From Octopus sinensis (taxonomy: Eukaryota), in NCBI RefSeq assembly GCF_006345805.1, contig NC_042999.1, forward strand, positions 23,994,001 to 24,058,000: 64,000 nt of DNA, written 5' to 3'. Positions 25,166-38,470 of the stretch are shown here, piece by piece (the first letter of the stretch is position 1; each line of letters opens with the position of its first letter). The translations under genes were made by a program, and so were the position numbers. Under the pieces are notes generated by a model, which was given only the letters and a program-made list of their open reading frames with translations, made no database searches and had not been told where the DNA came from.

Positions 25166-25712
25166 CTAAATTATTTGAAAAAGAAAAAAAACGGAACAAA
25201 AAAATAATAATTACGTGAGGGAAATCTCATAGGTTTATAGTGAATGAGTTTTTTTTTAATTTCTACCTGGGTAATACATCCTGTATTTAATATTGCAATA
25301 AAGTATATTGTAAACGTTAGTCCTGGGTGTACATTAAACTGTAACCAGTGACGAGGCACTATTTCGGGTGTTCTAGGGAGTGTGGAGTCACCACTTAATT
25401 GTTATTATACCCAAATCCGTTATTGACTCGAAACGAGAGTACCTGTCATGATTCCATCTATGGGATAAATAGAATTTCGTAAGGGTAGATGGAACACCTT
25501 AGCGGCAGAAACATTAAATAATCTAAGAGAAGGAAAACTCCCAAATAAACACCGTCCACCGATATGCTCTAAGCCAGGACAGAAGAGTGTGGCTGATGAA
25601 ACCAGGATAAGGCATGTCCAATAACATTGACTAATACTATGGAAGTAACTATCATATGTTAGTACACATTCTGCCACAGGTGCAGATAGCGGGATGATAT
25701 TGGAAGCCCGTC

Positions 25713-25780
<68 letters not shown>

Positions 25781-26226
25781 GTATGTATATATATATATAA
25801 TATGTTGAAAAGGAACCCACGAGCTGATATATATGGAAAAAAAGTCAAGGTAGAAAATGCTAAAATAATTTTATAAAATACATTTCAGTACCGGTTTCAG
25901 TCATTGAGACTTTTTCAACTGTAAGTATGGAAAACAATTAAATTTTTGAAAAATTAAAAGACATGTCTTTTAAAAGAATATTTGCATAGTATTCAAATAC
26001 AAGGGGACATTTTTCTTGTTTCTGCCTGTCTCTGTCTCTCTTGTTTACTCTTGTTTACTCTTGTGGGTTCGAGGACGTTCTGTATTTTAATTATGATTCC
26101 GAATGTGTTGTCTCCACAAAAATATTATTTTTAATATAGCTCACAACGAGCACTACATCTTCCTCTCTGTATATTAATAGAAGCTATTGTTAACATTAAC
26201 AAGCTCTAAATAAACTATGTATATTT

Positions 26227-26318
<92 letters not shown>

Positions 26319-26530
26319 GCCGATATCTTTGTCTGTTTTGCCCCCACCCCTTTCACCATCATTTGACAACAGGTGTTGGTGTGTGTTTATGTTCTCGTAG
26401 CCTAGGAGTTCGACCAAAGGGCCCGATAGATTAAGTACTACGCTGGGATAGATTTCATTGATGAAAACACCTTCAGACGGGGCCCCAGCATGGTCGCAGT
26501 CAAATGACTGAAACATGTAAAAGAATAAAA

Positions 26531-26572
<42 letters not shown>

Positions 26573-26686
26573 CTAACAACTGTTTGCAATATGAATTTAA
26601 ACCATTATGTTTTTAACTTTGCATTTCATCCCCACCAGGGGTGATAAAACATACAATTTTATTATTTGTTTCGTGTTTTTACTCAC

Positions 26687-26797
26687 CTGAAGTGCAGTTT
26701 TCTCCTTCATAATCCTCTGTGCATGCGCAAAGGTAGTTGTCACCATTTTTGAAGCACGTTCCACCGTTTTTGCAAGGACTGCTAGCACATGGATCAA
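26687..26797 (-). CDS. Gene B exon, EGF 5 (weak AAG acceptor)
   Basis: atatttacgaaag|TT...TCAG|gtgagt; 111 nt, phase 1-1; [37 protein letters not shown]. Confidence 0.85.
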
Positions 26798-27203
26798 CTT
26801 TCGTAAATATAGACAAACGTAAATTATAAGCATATAATTACATAAATTCATCCACATATACATGCAAACATATATATATACACTCACACGTATACATAAT
26901 ATTACGTAAGCTGTGATGGAGAAGGCGGATGTAATGGTTGAATGGTTAGGGCGCCGGACAAAATGCCTACCTGAATTTTCTTCCGCTTTAAAGTTCATCT
27001 CTTCGACGTCGATAAAATAAGTACCAGTTAAGTACTGGGGTGCATGTAATTCACTTGACCCCTCTCCTTAAACCTTGCAACGGACCATTGTCCCGTCAGG
27101 GATAGGTTGTGCTCTCGGTCAGTTACACGACTTGGAAACCGGGTAGCCGACCTCAAGAAAAACAAACTGGGGTTTAAAAAGAACTACCTATCGATGAAAC
27201 GCT

Positions 27204-27444
27204 AAAACTACCTATTTGTTTATTACCCACAAGGGGCTAAGCATAGAGAGGACAAACAAGGACAGACATAGGTATTAAGTCGATTACATCGACCCCAGTG
27301 TGTAACTGGTACTTATTTAATCGACCCCGAAAGGATGAAAGGCAAAGTCGACCTCGGCGGAATTTGAACTCAGAACGTTAAGACAAACGAAATACTGCTA
27401 AGCATTTCGCCCGGCGTGCTAACGATTCTGCCAGCTCGCTGCCT
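27204..27444 (-). mobile_element. SINE family A
   Basis: Matches family A consensus on the minus strand. Confidence 0.85.
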
Positions 27445-27577
27445 TAAAACGCTAAAACTACCACAATTCTTTTCTGTTCCTCGATCCAAAAGATTTACTA
27501 TGGAAAATACACAAACATGGTGTTATCGCCCCTCACGACTCGAAAGTATTTTGGGTTGTGCTTAATTAAATGATGTG

Positions 27578-27895
27578 AGGGCGCGTGGCTTAGTGGTTAG
27601 GGCATTCGGCTCATGATCGTAAGGTTGTGAGTTCGATTCCCGGCGACGCGTTGTGTCCTTGAGCAAGACACTTTATTTCACGTTGCTCCAGTCCACTCAG
27701 CTGGCAAAAATGAGTTGTACTTGTATTTCAAAGGGTCAGCCTTGTCACTCTCTGTGTCACGCTGATTATCCCCGAGAACTACGTTAAGGGTACACGTGTC
27801 TGTGGAATGCTCAGCCATTTGCACGTTAATTTCACGAGCAAGCTGTTCCGTTGATCGTATCAGCTGGGACCCTCGTCGTCGTAACCGGCGGAGTC
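27578..27895 (+). mobile_element. SINE related to family C (different 3' part)
   Basis: ggcgcgtggcttagtggttaggg head, ggttgtgagttcgattccc B box. Confidence 0.75.
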
Positions 27896-28261
27896 AAAAG
27901 TCAAAGAGAATTAAATGATATCAATATTGTAAACCAACCTTTTGAACAATCAGGACCTTCAAATCCCTCCTGACATGTGCAGTTGTATGTGTTGTGATCA
28001 TGTGAACAGTTTCCTCCGTTTTTACATGGGTTGCTTTGGCATGGATTTTTTTCTGCAAAGTGGACAAAAATAATAATAAAAATGAAGAAACATGCGGTAT
28101 TTAGTTGTTTTATTGATTAATTTTTTTTCGTACCGAATAAAAAACAAACTAACAGACAAAATAAAGACAAAAAATAAAACAAAACAAAGCAAAACAAACG
28201 AACCCAAATACAAATAATGAATATACTCAAAAACATATACATATATGTATGTGTATATATA

Positions 28262-28319
<58 letters not shown>

Positions 28320-28322
<3 letters not shown>

Positions 28323-28535
28323 TAAATCTCCCCCACATAAAAACGAAGAGCAAACACAGAAAAACAACAACGCGAGAATGTGGAACATGTATAGTATTAG
28401 CAGAGACTCGGGGAAGGAAAGAAAGGTGGTTTTTACGTTTCGAGCAAAGCCCTTCTTCAGAAACATGAGAGACAGACGAAAGTTCAATAGAAAAGGACGA
28501 CGGAGGGAAAAGAATCGCCAACGATTCACTTGTGG
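28320..28535 (-). mobile_element. Penelope-like terminal fragment with hammerhead-like motif (28431-28464)
   Basis: TTT-CTGAAGA-A-GGGC(TTT)GCTC-GAAA-CG-TA/AAA. Confidence 0.6.
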
Positions 28536-28707
28536 TTACGTATGTATGTCTGTATGTATTGTTTATGTGATTCTATATATTTTTTGTAGGTTTATATATT
28601 CTTTACAAATATGAAAAATAAAGAAAAGCAATTTAAGAACGTGCGCATGCATTCTTGTGTATGGTTTGTAACTTTATGGCAAACATAATACTTGAGCATG
28701 GTCATAC

Positions 28708-28821
28708 CTTCTGAACAGTCTTTGCCTTCGTATCCAGGTGGACAATGGCAAATATAGTCTGGTCCGTTGCTGAAACATATTCCAGAATTTTCACATGGAC
28801 TACTGTTGCAGGGGCTAATTT
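28708..28821 (-). CDS. Gene B exon, EGF 4
   Basis: ttttttctag|AA...GAAG|gtatga; 114 nt, phase 1-1; ISPCNSSPCENSGICFSNGPDYICHCPPGYEGKDCSE. Not in ORF track. Confidence 0.92.
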
Positions 28822-29037
28822 CTAGAAAAAATATAACGCCAAAATATAATTTTAATACCCAAGGTTATATTTTGCTAAGTATCGGTTAAAAGTTAAAACT
28901 AATAATAAGATATTCTGAATCTAAAATGAAATATATTACCGGTAAAAGCAACAGAAGCAGCATCTGATTAAAACAGCCATCTATATATCATAGTTAATGT
29001 ATAGACGCTATCAATACTCAGTTACCTCTGTTTTTCT

Positions 29038-29454
29038 TATTTCTTTATTGCCCACAAGGGATTAAACATAGAGGGGACAAACAAGGACAGACAAACGGAT
29101 TAAGTCGATTACATCGACCCCAGTACGTAACTGGTACTTAATTTATCGACCCCGAGAGGATGCAAAGCAAAGTTGACTTCGGTGAAATTTGAACTCAGAA
29201 CGTAACGACAGACGAAATAATTATTTCTTTACAACCCACAAGGGGCTGAACACAGAGAGGAGAAACAAGGACAGACAAACGGATTAAGTCGATTTTATCG
29301 ACCCCAGTGTGTAACTGGTACTTATTTAATCGACCCCGAAAGGATGAAAGGCAAAGTCGACCTCGGCGGAATTTGAACTCAGAACGTAGCGGCAGACGAA
29401 ATACAGCTAAACATTTCGCCCGGCGTGCTAACGTTTTTGCCAGCTCGCCGCCTT
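29038..29454 (-). mobile_element. SINE family A, two units
   Basis: Matches family A consensus, duplicated body. Confidence 0.85.
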
Positions 29455-30297
29455 ACAGCGTTACTCCTGTATTTCTGCTTAGACAAATACTGAGACAAAG
29501 CGAGAGTTACAGATGCGTTTCTGCGTTTCGGGGCATTTTCAATGAATCATGTAATACATAAATATGTATTGTAATTAAATCCTGCTTCAGTTGCGCATAC
29601 CGGAATTTTATTTAGCTGAGCGGCTGTTCGCAAAATCAGTGAATGTTTTGTCCCCTTATTCTTGTGACTCTCTGTGTGAACATGCCATTGAAAATACCCC
29701 CAAACGTCGAAATACATATGGCGTTCTCGTTTGGGACGAATTTTCGGCTATTCCTGATATTCATTTTATTTTTAATACAGCAACTCTAAAAGTTGTTGTC
29801 GCCGAACACGTACTTTGTAACTTGCCTATCGACAGTGTGTATGCATTAAATATGATATATAGATGCCTATTTAATTTATATACTATCCCAATTGCGCATA
29901 TCGGATATTTAATTAATGAATGATTTATTCATTTTTTGTTATACCACAGACGATATATTCTCGTCGGATCTTGAGACTAGTTGCGGGTACGGGTCATGGA
30001 AAACGGCTCAAAGGGTCAAAATATATTTAGTACACAGATTTTCCTCTCTCTGATATACATTCTATTTTAACACAGTAAATCCATAAGAGGTCTGATCTCA
30101 GGACAAATATTACAGGAACTGAATTTTCGGCAAAGTGTAAACACATTATGTATGATGCATAGATGACTTTTTAAATAAATTACACAGACTGTTTATATCA
30201 AAGTCATTATATAATATAACTATCTCTAACAGTCTAATAATAAATGAATTTTGGCATAAAATAGAAAATAAGTTTAAGAATAAGTAAGTATACATAC

Positions 30298-30411
30298 GAT
30301 GGTTACATGTTTTGCCTTCAAATCCGTTCGGGCACCGACAGATAAAGTTCGATTTGTCCTTGTAACATACTCCACCGTTTTCACAAGGATTATCTTTGCA
30401 GGGATCAATTT
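30298..30411 (-). CDS. Gene B exon, EGF 3
   Basis: ttcttgccag|AA...CATC|gtatgt; 114 nt, phase 1-1; EIDPCKDNPCENGGVCYKDKSNFICRCPNGFEGKTCNH. Confidence 0.93.
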
Positions 30412-30422
30412 CTGGCAAGAAA

Positions 30423-30485
<63 letters not shown>

Positions 30486-30512
30486 TTTATTTAAAGCAGC
30501 AGAAAATTCAAC

Positions 30513-30560
30513 AAAATCTGTTACTCTGAGTTTCTCGTTGCCGTTCATCAGATAGTTTTT
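30513..30560 (-). ncRNA. Degenerate type I hammerhead motif in a Penelope-like terminal fragment
   Basis: AAAAACTAT-CTGATGA-ACG(GCAA)CGA-GAAA-CTCAGAG-TA/ACAGATTTT; one mismatch each in stems I and II. Confidence 0.55.
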
Positions 30561-31244
30561 GCTAGAATGGAACCGATATATCAATTCAATCTAGACTCTT
30601 ACAAACGCTACACCTTAAAAAAAATGGATTTGTTTGATTGGCCCTTTAGAAATAACGGTCAATCTTCGAGCGATAAACAAAAAAAGCTCAAAAATATATG
30701 TATATATATATTAAAAAAATTATAAAACTTATAAAATTCGAGGAAAAAACCTTACATTGAATAAAATACATATTGACGTTAATGAAGAAAATATAATTAA
30801 TGCATAGAAATTAAAACTTATTATAAATATTACACTGCAATATTACTCTACCACTGATATTTGAGTACTCTTTTTTCCACCTTGTTTCACATTTATGTGT
30901 TTACTCCGGTATATATATATATATATTATATATATATATATATAGCAATAATAATTCTCTAAATGAGATATAGACAGTGACTGCTCCATAATATAAGGGA
31001 TATTAGCCAACTGAATATGGCTAGGGACAGGGCAGGGTGGTGGGGGTGTCACTGTTGCATTTAGCCCCAGGCGAACATCAACGTCACCAGATAGGCCTGA
31101 CGCCATCACGGCGTCCTCTATCTTGCAAAGGGAGATCATTCACCAAGAAGCGGATACCACACACGGACCTAGGTTTCAAGGTGTATTGCCTATTATCAAC
31201 GTGTAGTAGGCATCGCTTCTCGATGAACGACCTACTATAGCCTC

Positions 31245-31304
31245 GGGCCGACCAAAGCCTTGTGAGTGGACTTGGTAGACGGAAACTGAAAGAAGCCCGT
31301 CGTA

Positions 31305-31357
<53 letters not shown>

Positions 31358-31575
31358 GCGTGTGTGTGTTTGTGTGTCTGCAGTGCTTGACAACCGATGC
31401 TGGTGTGTTTATGTCCCCGTTACTTAGCGGTTCGGCAAAAAGAGACCGATAGAATAAGTACTGGGCTTACAAAAAGGATAAGTCCCGGGGTCGAGTTGCT
31501 CGATTAAAGGCGGTGCTCCAGCATGGCCGCAGTCAAATGACTGAAACAAGTAAAAGAATAACGAATAAAAGAAAG
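31245..31575 (+). mobile_element. SINE family B, 5'-truncated
   Basis: Starts at ctactatagcctcgggccg; tail ends ~25 nt from the EGF2 donor. Confidence 0.85.
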
Positions 31576-31600
31576 AATGTTGAACAATAATTATACGTAC

Positions 31601-31714
31601 CATCTAAACAATTTTTCCCTTCAAATCCAGTTGGACAAACGCAAACAAATTCGGTGCCTCTCCTGAAACATCTGCCACCATTCTCACAAGGTTCGGGTTT
31701 GCAGGGGTTTGTAT
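31601..31714 (-). CDS. Gene B exon, EGF 2
   Basis: ccttttgtag|AT...GATG|gtacgt; 114 nt, phase 1-1; DTNPCKPEPCENGGRCFRRGTEFVCVCPTGFEGKNCLD. Not in ORF track. Confidence 0.92.
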
Positions 31715-32426
31715 CTACAAAAGGTAATTGAGAAAAATCCTACCATACTTCGAAGTTGTATGTGAAATTATAATTAATTTGACGAATGACATCTAGACGT
31801 CTCTACGTACTAAGTGAGCTTTATAATTGACAGTCTGGAAAGATGATTGCTTCCCAGCCACACGGTTCCGGGTTCAGTCCCACTGCGTCACTTCGTCTTG
31901 CCTTGGGCAGATGTCTTCTACAATAACTCTGGCAGATTAAAGCTTTCAGAGTGGCTTTGGTAGACGAGATGGAAAGAAGCCCGCCGCATATATATATATA
32001 TATTTACATTTTCATTTTCTGTGAAACTAAGAGGTTTTTTAAAATACTTTTTTAAAACCTGTTATATGTCTGTGCAACATTAAAAAACTTTGGAAGTCCG
32101 TTTATTATCTAAATATGATTTTTATAGAACTCTCCCTGAAGTTTCAGGAGTGTAGCCTCACCCCCTTAGATGTTTTGAGAACTCAGATGTTTTTTCGGCT
32201 GATGAGTACGGGTCACTTGTATTTGCTGCAATATTTGCAGCCTTAATAAAGGCGGTCTTCGTACAAAACAATTGTACCGAAATATTGATCCATTTTGTTA
32301 CTTTTTTCTTGTTTATAATCACCCCGCATTATCTTATGGTTAATACCATATAGATTTCTGGTGCATCTAAGTTAAGTAGCGCATTCATGTGAATTCAACA
32401 GAACTCACTTGAATCTTAATTGCTTT

Positions 32427-32509
<83 letters not shown>

Positions 32510-32691
32510 CCCATGATAGATCGCTAGCCACTAGACCTTTTTCTATTTTCTCTCCCTGTTTATTTCTGAGTTCCTTTCTTTCGAAGAGCGTAGGCTCGAA
32601 ACGTAAAAGACTTTCTCACTTCCGAGCCTAAACTAATACATCTGTTTGTTGTTTACACATCCGTCTTCGTCTTTTGTTTCGTTGTAAATTC

Positions 32692-32774
<83 letters not shown>

Positions 32775-33139
32775 GTGCAGTAGCATCATCAAGGTTTCTC
32801 GTTTTAAACTTTGTGTAAACCCGAGCTAATACGAGATTCCAACATGGACGATATATTTAGAAAAAAGAGGGGCTCTATTCGATCAAGTCAATTAACTCGG
32901 TAACACTCTTACATGTATTTGACTAACGGGGTACTCAGATGAGTACCAATACGACTTGCTATATCTCACTAGGATAATAAGACAAACAATGAAATATTCA
33001 CTGTTTACTCCACTACTTAGTTAATCCACTAGTTAATTTGCGATATTAAACAAATTGTAAATCCACTATATGAAACAACAATACTTTGCACATTTGTCGC
33101 AGTATTAAATATAACAATTGAATATCACAGTTTCTCAGT

Positions 33140-33600
33140 AGGGACCAGACCATCAGATGCTGTCATATACCGCTGGTCACAATACGTTTCCAGTTTTATC
33201 CTGATTGCGCTATACTTTTCATTTGGTCCAAATTACTTAACTAGATCGTCTTCCCATCGTCGTGGAAGCTTCCTAAATGGCCTTTTCCGATCTCTTTGAT
33301 ACCATTCAGCAACTGGAACGGTTCCTCTGTTGTCTGTGAGTCTTGTGATAAGTCCAGCTTATCGGAACTTGTGCTTTCTCGAATTATTTAATTTCGAGAA
33401 TGCTCACGTAATATCACTAGTATGGGTCTTTCCATGGCCCTTTGCGTTTTAGCTAATCGATGTTCTATCCTCTTCGTAGGAGCCCACGTCTCAATTTCGC
33501 ATAAGATCGCAGGTAGGACGATGATATCGAGCGGTATGGCGCATATGGTATTGTGAGGCTTTGTTTTGAGCACATCCTTTAATGAGTTACATGCTTTTGG
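33140..33600 (-). mobile_element. Degraded RTE-clade LINE 3' fragment
   Basis: IVLPAILCEIETWAPTKRIEHRLAKTQRAMER, homologous to the 40640 copy. Confidence 0.75.
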
Positions 33601-33790
33601 ACAATTATTTCTATATATATATTCATTTACTTGGAAGGCAAGAAATAAATATAAATGGAAATACTTGTTTAAAGTATGTTACCTAAGTTTCTATTGGATA
33701 CAAAAAAGTTTCAACTGTGACACTTCCGTTTATGCAACTCCAATGCTTATGGAATTATTGAACATATAATATAACTATAAAAAAACTTAC

Positions 33791-33904
33791 CAATAGAACA
33801 ATTTTGTCCTTCAAATCCTTCGGGGCACAGGCAATAATAGTCCGTATTATTTACGATACATTTTCCAAAGTTTTCGCAAGTTACGTTTTCACATGGGTTA
33901 ACCT
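33791..33904 (-). CDS. Gene B exon, EGF 1
   Basis: tatttacag|AG...ATTG|gtaagt; 114 nt, phase 1-1; VNPCENVTCENFGKCIVNNTDYYCLCPEGFEGQNCSI. Confidence 0.93.
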
Positions 33905-34202
33905 CTGTAAATACCACAAACATTTTAAGCAATATATTTTGATTTGGCACATTCTAAATCACTGTATTTAACTTCCTTTAAGTTAGACATAGATATCTGG
34001 CTAGCTAGCTATATCCATCCATCCATCCATCCATCCATCCATACATACATACATACATACATACATACATACATACATACATACAAATGTGAATTTGGCT
34101 GTGTTAACAGCATCCCAAAGATGGAGCCTTGTATCTTTGTTGGAAACCGGCTCACTCAGTGGAAGATTTATAATAAGCAAAAAGTAGAAGAGACATACAT
34201 AG

Positions 34203-34275
<73 letters not shown>

Positions 34276-35977
34276 AACAGACACACACAAAAACACACAC
34301 ACAGAGGGTGGGTGAGAGCAAAATAAGCTCGTTAAGGATAATACAGTGAATGTGAAATTACAGTCCAAGTTCCTCATCCAGGGCCAATACATACATAGCT
34401 TCATATCCTGGGGTGTACCTTATCCTGATCCATAATATATGACGGAAACCATACTATGCTAACCTTCACTTTTGTAAATTATGTTGCCGAGTCACTCACA
34501 GCATTACGCCAAAATAAGATCTCTCCTGAAAATTCTTTATTTAATGTATTTCTGATATAATCTCTCATTGCAGACACAAATTATATAGCCCATTATGTAA
34601 GGTCATTATAATTTTTTCATACGTTTTCTTGATCTGCAGGTAATCAATAATAGCAACAATTATAGAAAATTCGTCGCCCTTTTCAAGTCTAGCCAGGCTC
34701 ATGGGCCCGGTTTCCCGGTTTCTGTGGCGTATGTGTTCCTCCCCGTCCCCGCAGCTGGACGGGACGCCAGTCCATCGCAGCGTTTATAGAAAATTAGTCA
34801 ACGAAAAACCATGCTCGACCTACTACAAACAGCAACCAAATCACCCTCAGAGTGCATCTCCACATCATCAAAAAGAAGAGAAATGGATGATATATTATGT
34901 GGCAAAGAAGTGACCTGTTAGGTATAGCGAAAGCTATTTTGATTACATGTCTGTTGGGTCAGAGCAGATTTGGAGACAAGAAAATAGAAACTATACTTTA
35001 CAATTCATCATACTACAATATATTACATGAATCAACGAGGAAGCTTTTGCATTTTTGTTCTACCTGCAAAACACAGCAGCAACCAAATCTCTCTCAAATC
35101 CTAAGGCTGGACTACTCTACAGCAATATAAACGTTTTTGATAATGTGTATACATCCTCCTCGTTTCGAAAGCCTTACATTCCTGAAAGTTTTGTAATGCA
35201 AGAGGAGTTCTTATACAAAATGTATTTTTCGATTCACGCCCATGTTTATTCAGTTCCATGAAACATGGAAGTCAATGAAAGAAATCGGTTTCTACAAGGA
35301 AAATTTATGAGACGGTAAAATTCTTCCGGTACGCAATGTTAGAGAAAAGCAAAAGATTCTAGTACTCCAGAATATATTCTTTGAAAAAAAATTGGATGGT
35401 ACTCCTTATATGGCCTTTGAAAAAAATAAAGCAATGGATAACCTCTTTAGTCGTGAGTCTAATCGTTCAGGAACGACCAGAAGTTAACCGGGAACATCAT
35501 AACGCAGTCAAAACCAGCAACGCTATCACAGACTGTTACAAAAATTGAAAATCAAATCAATATCTATAAAGCTGAAATGCGAAAAAGTTGTTTGATTTCT
35601 TTGTTATTTGTCTCATTTTTGGTTTAAGGGCGGTAGATGGGGTCGGATTGGCGCCAAAATTTACATGGGGGTGGTAAAATGGGGTGGGCAATGGTGTGAG
35701 GAGGGTTGCAAGTCGCTCGTGACTACCGTTTGGTTGCCATGGTGAGGAATATGGGAAAAATTGAGTTTGAAAGAAGATAAAGACGAAGAAAAAAATAAGA
35801 AAAAGAAAAGGAAGAGAGCAATAAAAAGAACCAGGCATAGAAGACGAAAAGAAGAAAAGAAAAAGGAAACAACACACACAAAACACCACCACCAAAACCC
35901 GAGCGAAGCACGGGTCAAAATAGCGAGTCTATTTTATAAAAGTTTATAACGAAATAATGTATTAGAAAAACACTTAC

Positions 35978-36541
35978 TGTTACAAATATCTGCTGATATG
36001 TGCTCTTTAATTTCATCAAGGCCACTAAAGTTTTCTGCATAAAATACGTATTCCGAACTTGGTTTACTAGCAATATCTTCTAGCTCTTCTTGAACAGCAT
36101 TCTCTACTCCTATAGAAAATACAGTAACACCGGCAGCCTTTAAACGTTCTGCAGTTTCCTTTGTTTTCTCTTTATCAAATGATTTTCCGTCTGTTATTAA
36201 GATTGCAATGTTTGGAGCATCTTCTCTATCCCCTTTAGCTGCTGTAAACGAATTCGTACGAAGATAATCTAATGCTTTATGTGTATTTGTCATGCCACCC
36301 TCGTAACCAACTTCCTCTATTGCGTTCTTCAATGAACTTGGATCCTGGTACGTATTTAAATCAAATTCTTCATACACTCCAAAGCCATATTTCAGCAGGC
36401 CTACGTGAACGGAATCTGACCCGACGGGAAGATTGGTGGCAACATTTTCAACGAAGGATTTCATAGTTCCAAAGTGTTTTTGGCCAACACTACTCGATTC
36501 ATCTAAAACAAACATGATGTCGGCTTTACCCTCTTTACATG
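35978..36541 (-). CDS. Gene B exon, VWA domain 1
   Basis: ttttattacag|CA...AACA|gtaagt; 564 nt, phase 1-1; DIMFVLDESSS, GGMTNT, ITDG (MIDAS complete). Confidence 0.96.
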
Positions 36542-36834
36542 CTGTAATAAAAGAAAGCATAGGTGTTCATCGAAGTAAAATAAATTCTGAAATTAACTAA
36601 TCAAGTACGATATAAACACGAGTGCTTTTATGCATCACGAGTCCATATAGGAGGTTCTCTCGTACCAAATAATGCAGTATTCTGTGTTTTAACACAACAT
36701 AACATAACATCCACTTTAAGTGAGAAATAAATATTAGTTTTAGTATTTATATTGCTTCTGTCGCTATATATATGTGTGTGTTTGTGAGTGAGTGTCTGTG
36801 TGCGTGTATGTAGGTATATATGGATGTATGTATG

Positions 36835-36865
<31 letters not shown>

Positions 36866-37017
36866 GTATATATAAATATATATGGGAATGTGAGTATAAG
36901 TACGTATGTATGTGTATAAATATATAAGTATATGTGTACATGTGTGCGTGTATATATATATATATGAACTCTCCCTATATATACACATATATACATTATA
37001 CATACATACATACATAC

Positions 37018-37082
<65 letters not shown>

Positions 37083-37084
37083 TA

Positions 37085-37150
<66 letters not shown>

Positions 37151-37357
37151 TGAAATGGATAAATGAATTATCTTGTTAAGGATTATTCAAAATTTAACCG
37201 ATCCCGGGTAGCAAAAATCACAACAGAAAAGACACGGTTGAAGTTACGACCTTGGGGTGTCTCAACCGTGCCTTAGCGCGGATAATTGAAGTTCAATATA
37301 TTTAGTGAAGGGAAGAAATGGAGCTGAACGAAGATTCTACATAATTCCTTTTATTAT

Positions 37358-37438
37358 CTTCTACACATGTTTCAAAGGCCGCAGATTTCCAAATTCGGAT
37401 TGAATAAGGAGACCATTTGCAGCATTCTCTTCAGGAAA
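37358..37438 (-). ncRNA. Type I hammerhead motif with long stem II (gene B intron 1, sense)
   Basis: TTTC-CTGAAGA-GAATGCTGCAAAT...ATCTGCGGCCTTT-GAAA-C(ATGT)G-TA/GAAG. Confidence 0.62.
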
Positions 37439-37573
37439 ATCCAGGAATTTAAAAATCCAAAACAAATGCGCAGCAAGGTAGAACAAAGCGCTCCCTAGGA
37501 GCCCATGAAAGCACAAAACTGTCTCTCACTGTACGTTGACGTCTGGGGGGGGGGTGGAGGCCTTCACTATATA

Positions 37574-37621
<48 letters not shown>

Positions 37622-37814
37622 TATATACATGTACATACATACATACGAAGGGTGTTCATTAAAGATTTCCCTTGACCTACTTCCGGTTATTGCAGGAAAG
37701 GGAACTTGTGCAAGTATAATCATACATTGTAAATTGCAGTTTTTCACTAGTATTCGTTTATTTTTCAAGAGGGAGTCACAGAGGTAGAAAGTGATATAGA
37801 GAAGCAGAGAGAGG

Positions 37815-37859
<45 letters not shown>

Positions 37860-38149
37860 GAGAGAGAAAGAGATCAAGATCATTAGGTCGCAGCAAGTGC
37901 ACTTCGCAAACAAACAGTGAAATATAGGGTGGAGAGGAGAAAATATATCTCGTAAGAATAGTAAGGTGGGACAGTCGTATTACTGTACTATACAGAAAAA
38001 GAATTAGAGACATAACGTGATAAAGTAACCAGTGTGGAAAGAGAATGAAGTCATTATCATGTGCGAGACGAACGAAAGACAAAACAATTGTTAAAGTCTT
38101 CATGAGATACAAAGTATATAATATATATAGGCACACATACACACATATG

Positions 38150-38209
<60 letters not shown>

Positions 38210-38221
38210 TATATAACTTAC

Positions 38222-38297
38222 AGTTTGATGAAGATGGCTGCAACAACTGGAGGGTCACCAACAGAAAAGAAAACGCCGATATCATCACGAACCTCAT
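38222..38297 (-). CDS. Gene B first coding exon, signal peptide
   Basis: cattcagtATG (A at -3); MRFVMISAFSFLLVTLQLLQPSSSN then T|gtaagt, phase 1; splices in frame to the VWA exon at 36541 (SCKEGKADI). Confidence 0.82.
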
Positions 38298-38353
38298 ACT
38301 GAATGTGGAGACGAGAGGAAGCAACCGAATGTCTGGATGCTGTATCTTGTCTC

Positions 38354-38364
38354 TTAAATATATA
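38354..38364 (-). promoter_or_regulatory. Putative TATA box of gene B
   Basis: Minus strand TATATATTTAA about 57-67 nt upstream of the ATG at 38297, in non-microsatellite context. Confidence 0.5.
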
Positions 38365-38408
38365 GAAGTCTCGCTCCCCTACTACACACTTAATTGTATG
38401 TATATATT

Positions 38409-38470
<62 letters not shown>

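Noticed and set aside
32200-32235. CTGATGA hammerhead-like core
   Set aside because: No GAAA after the stem; not a hammerhead.
36225-36240. KGD integrin-type motif in VWA1
   Set aside because: Part of the conserved G-D/N-R loop present in all four VWA domains.
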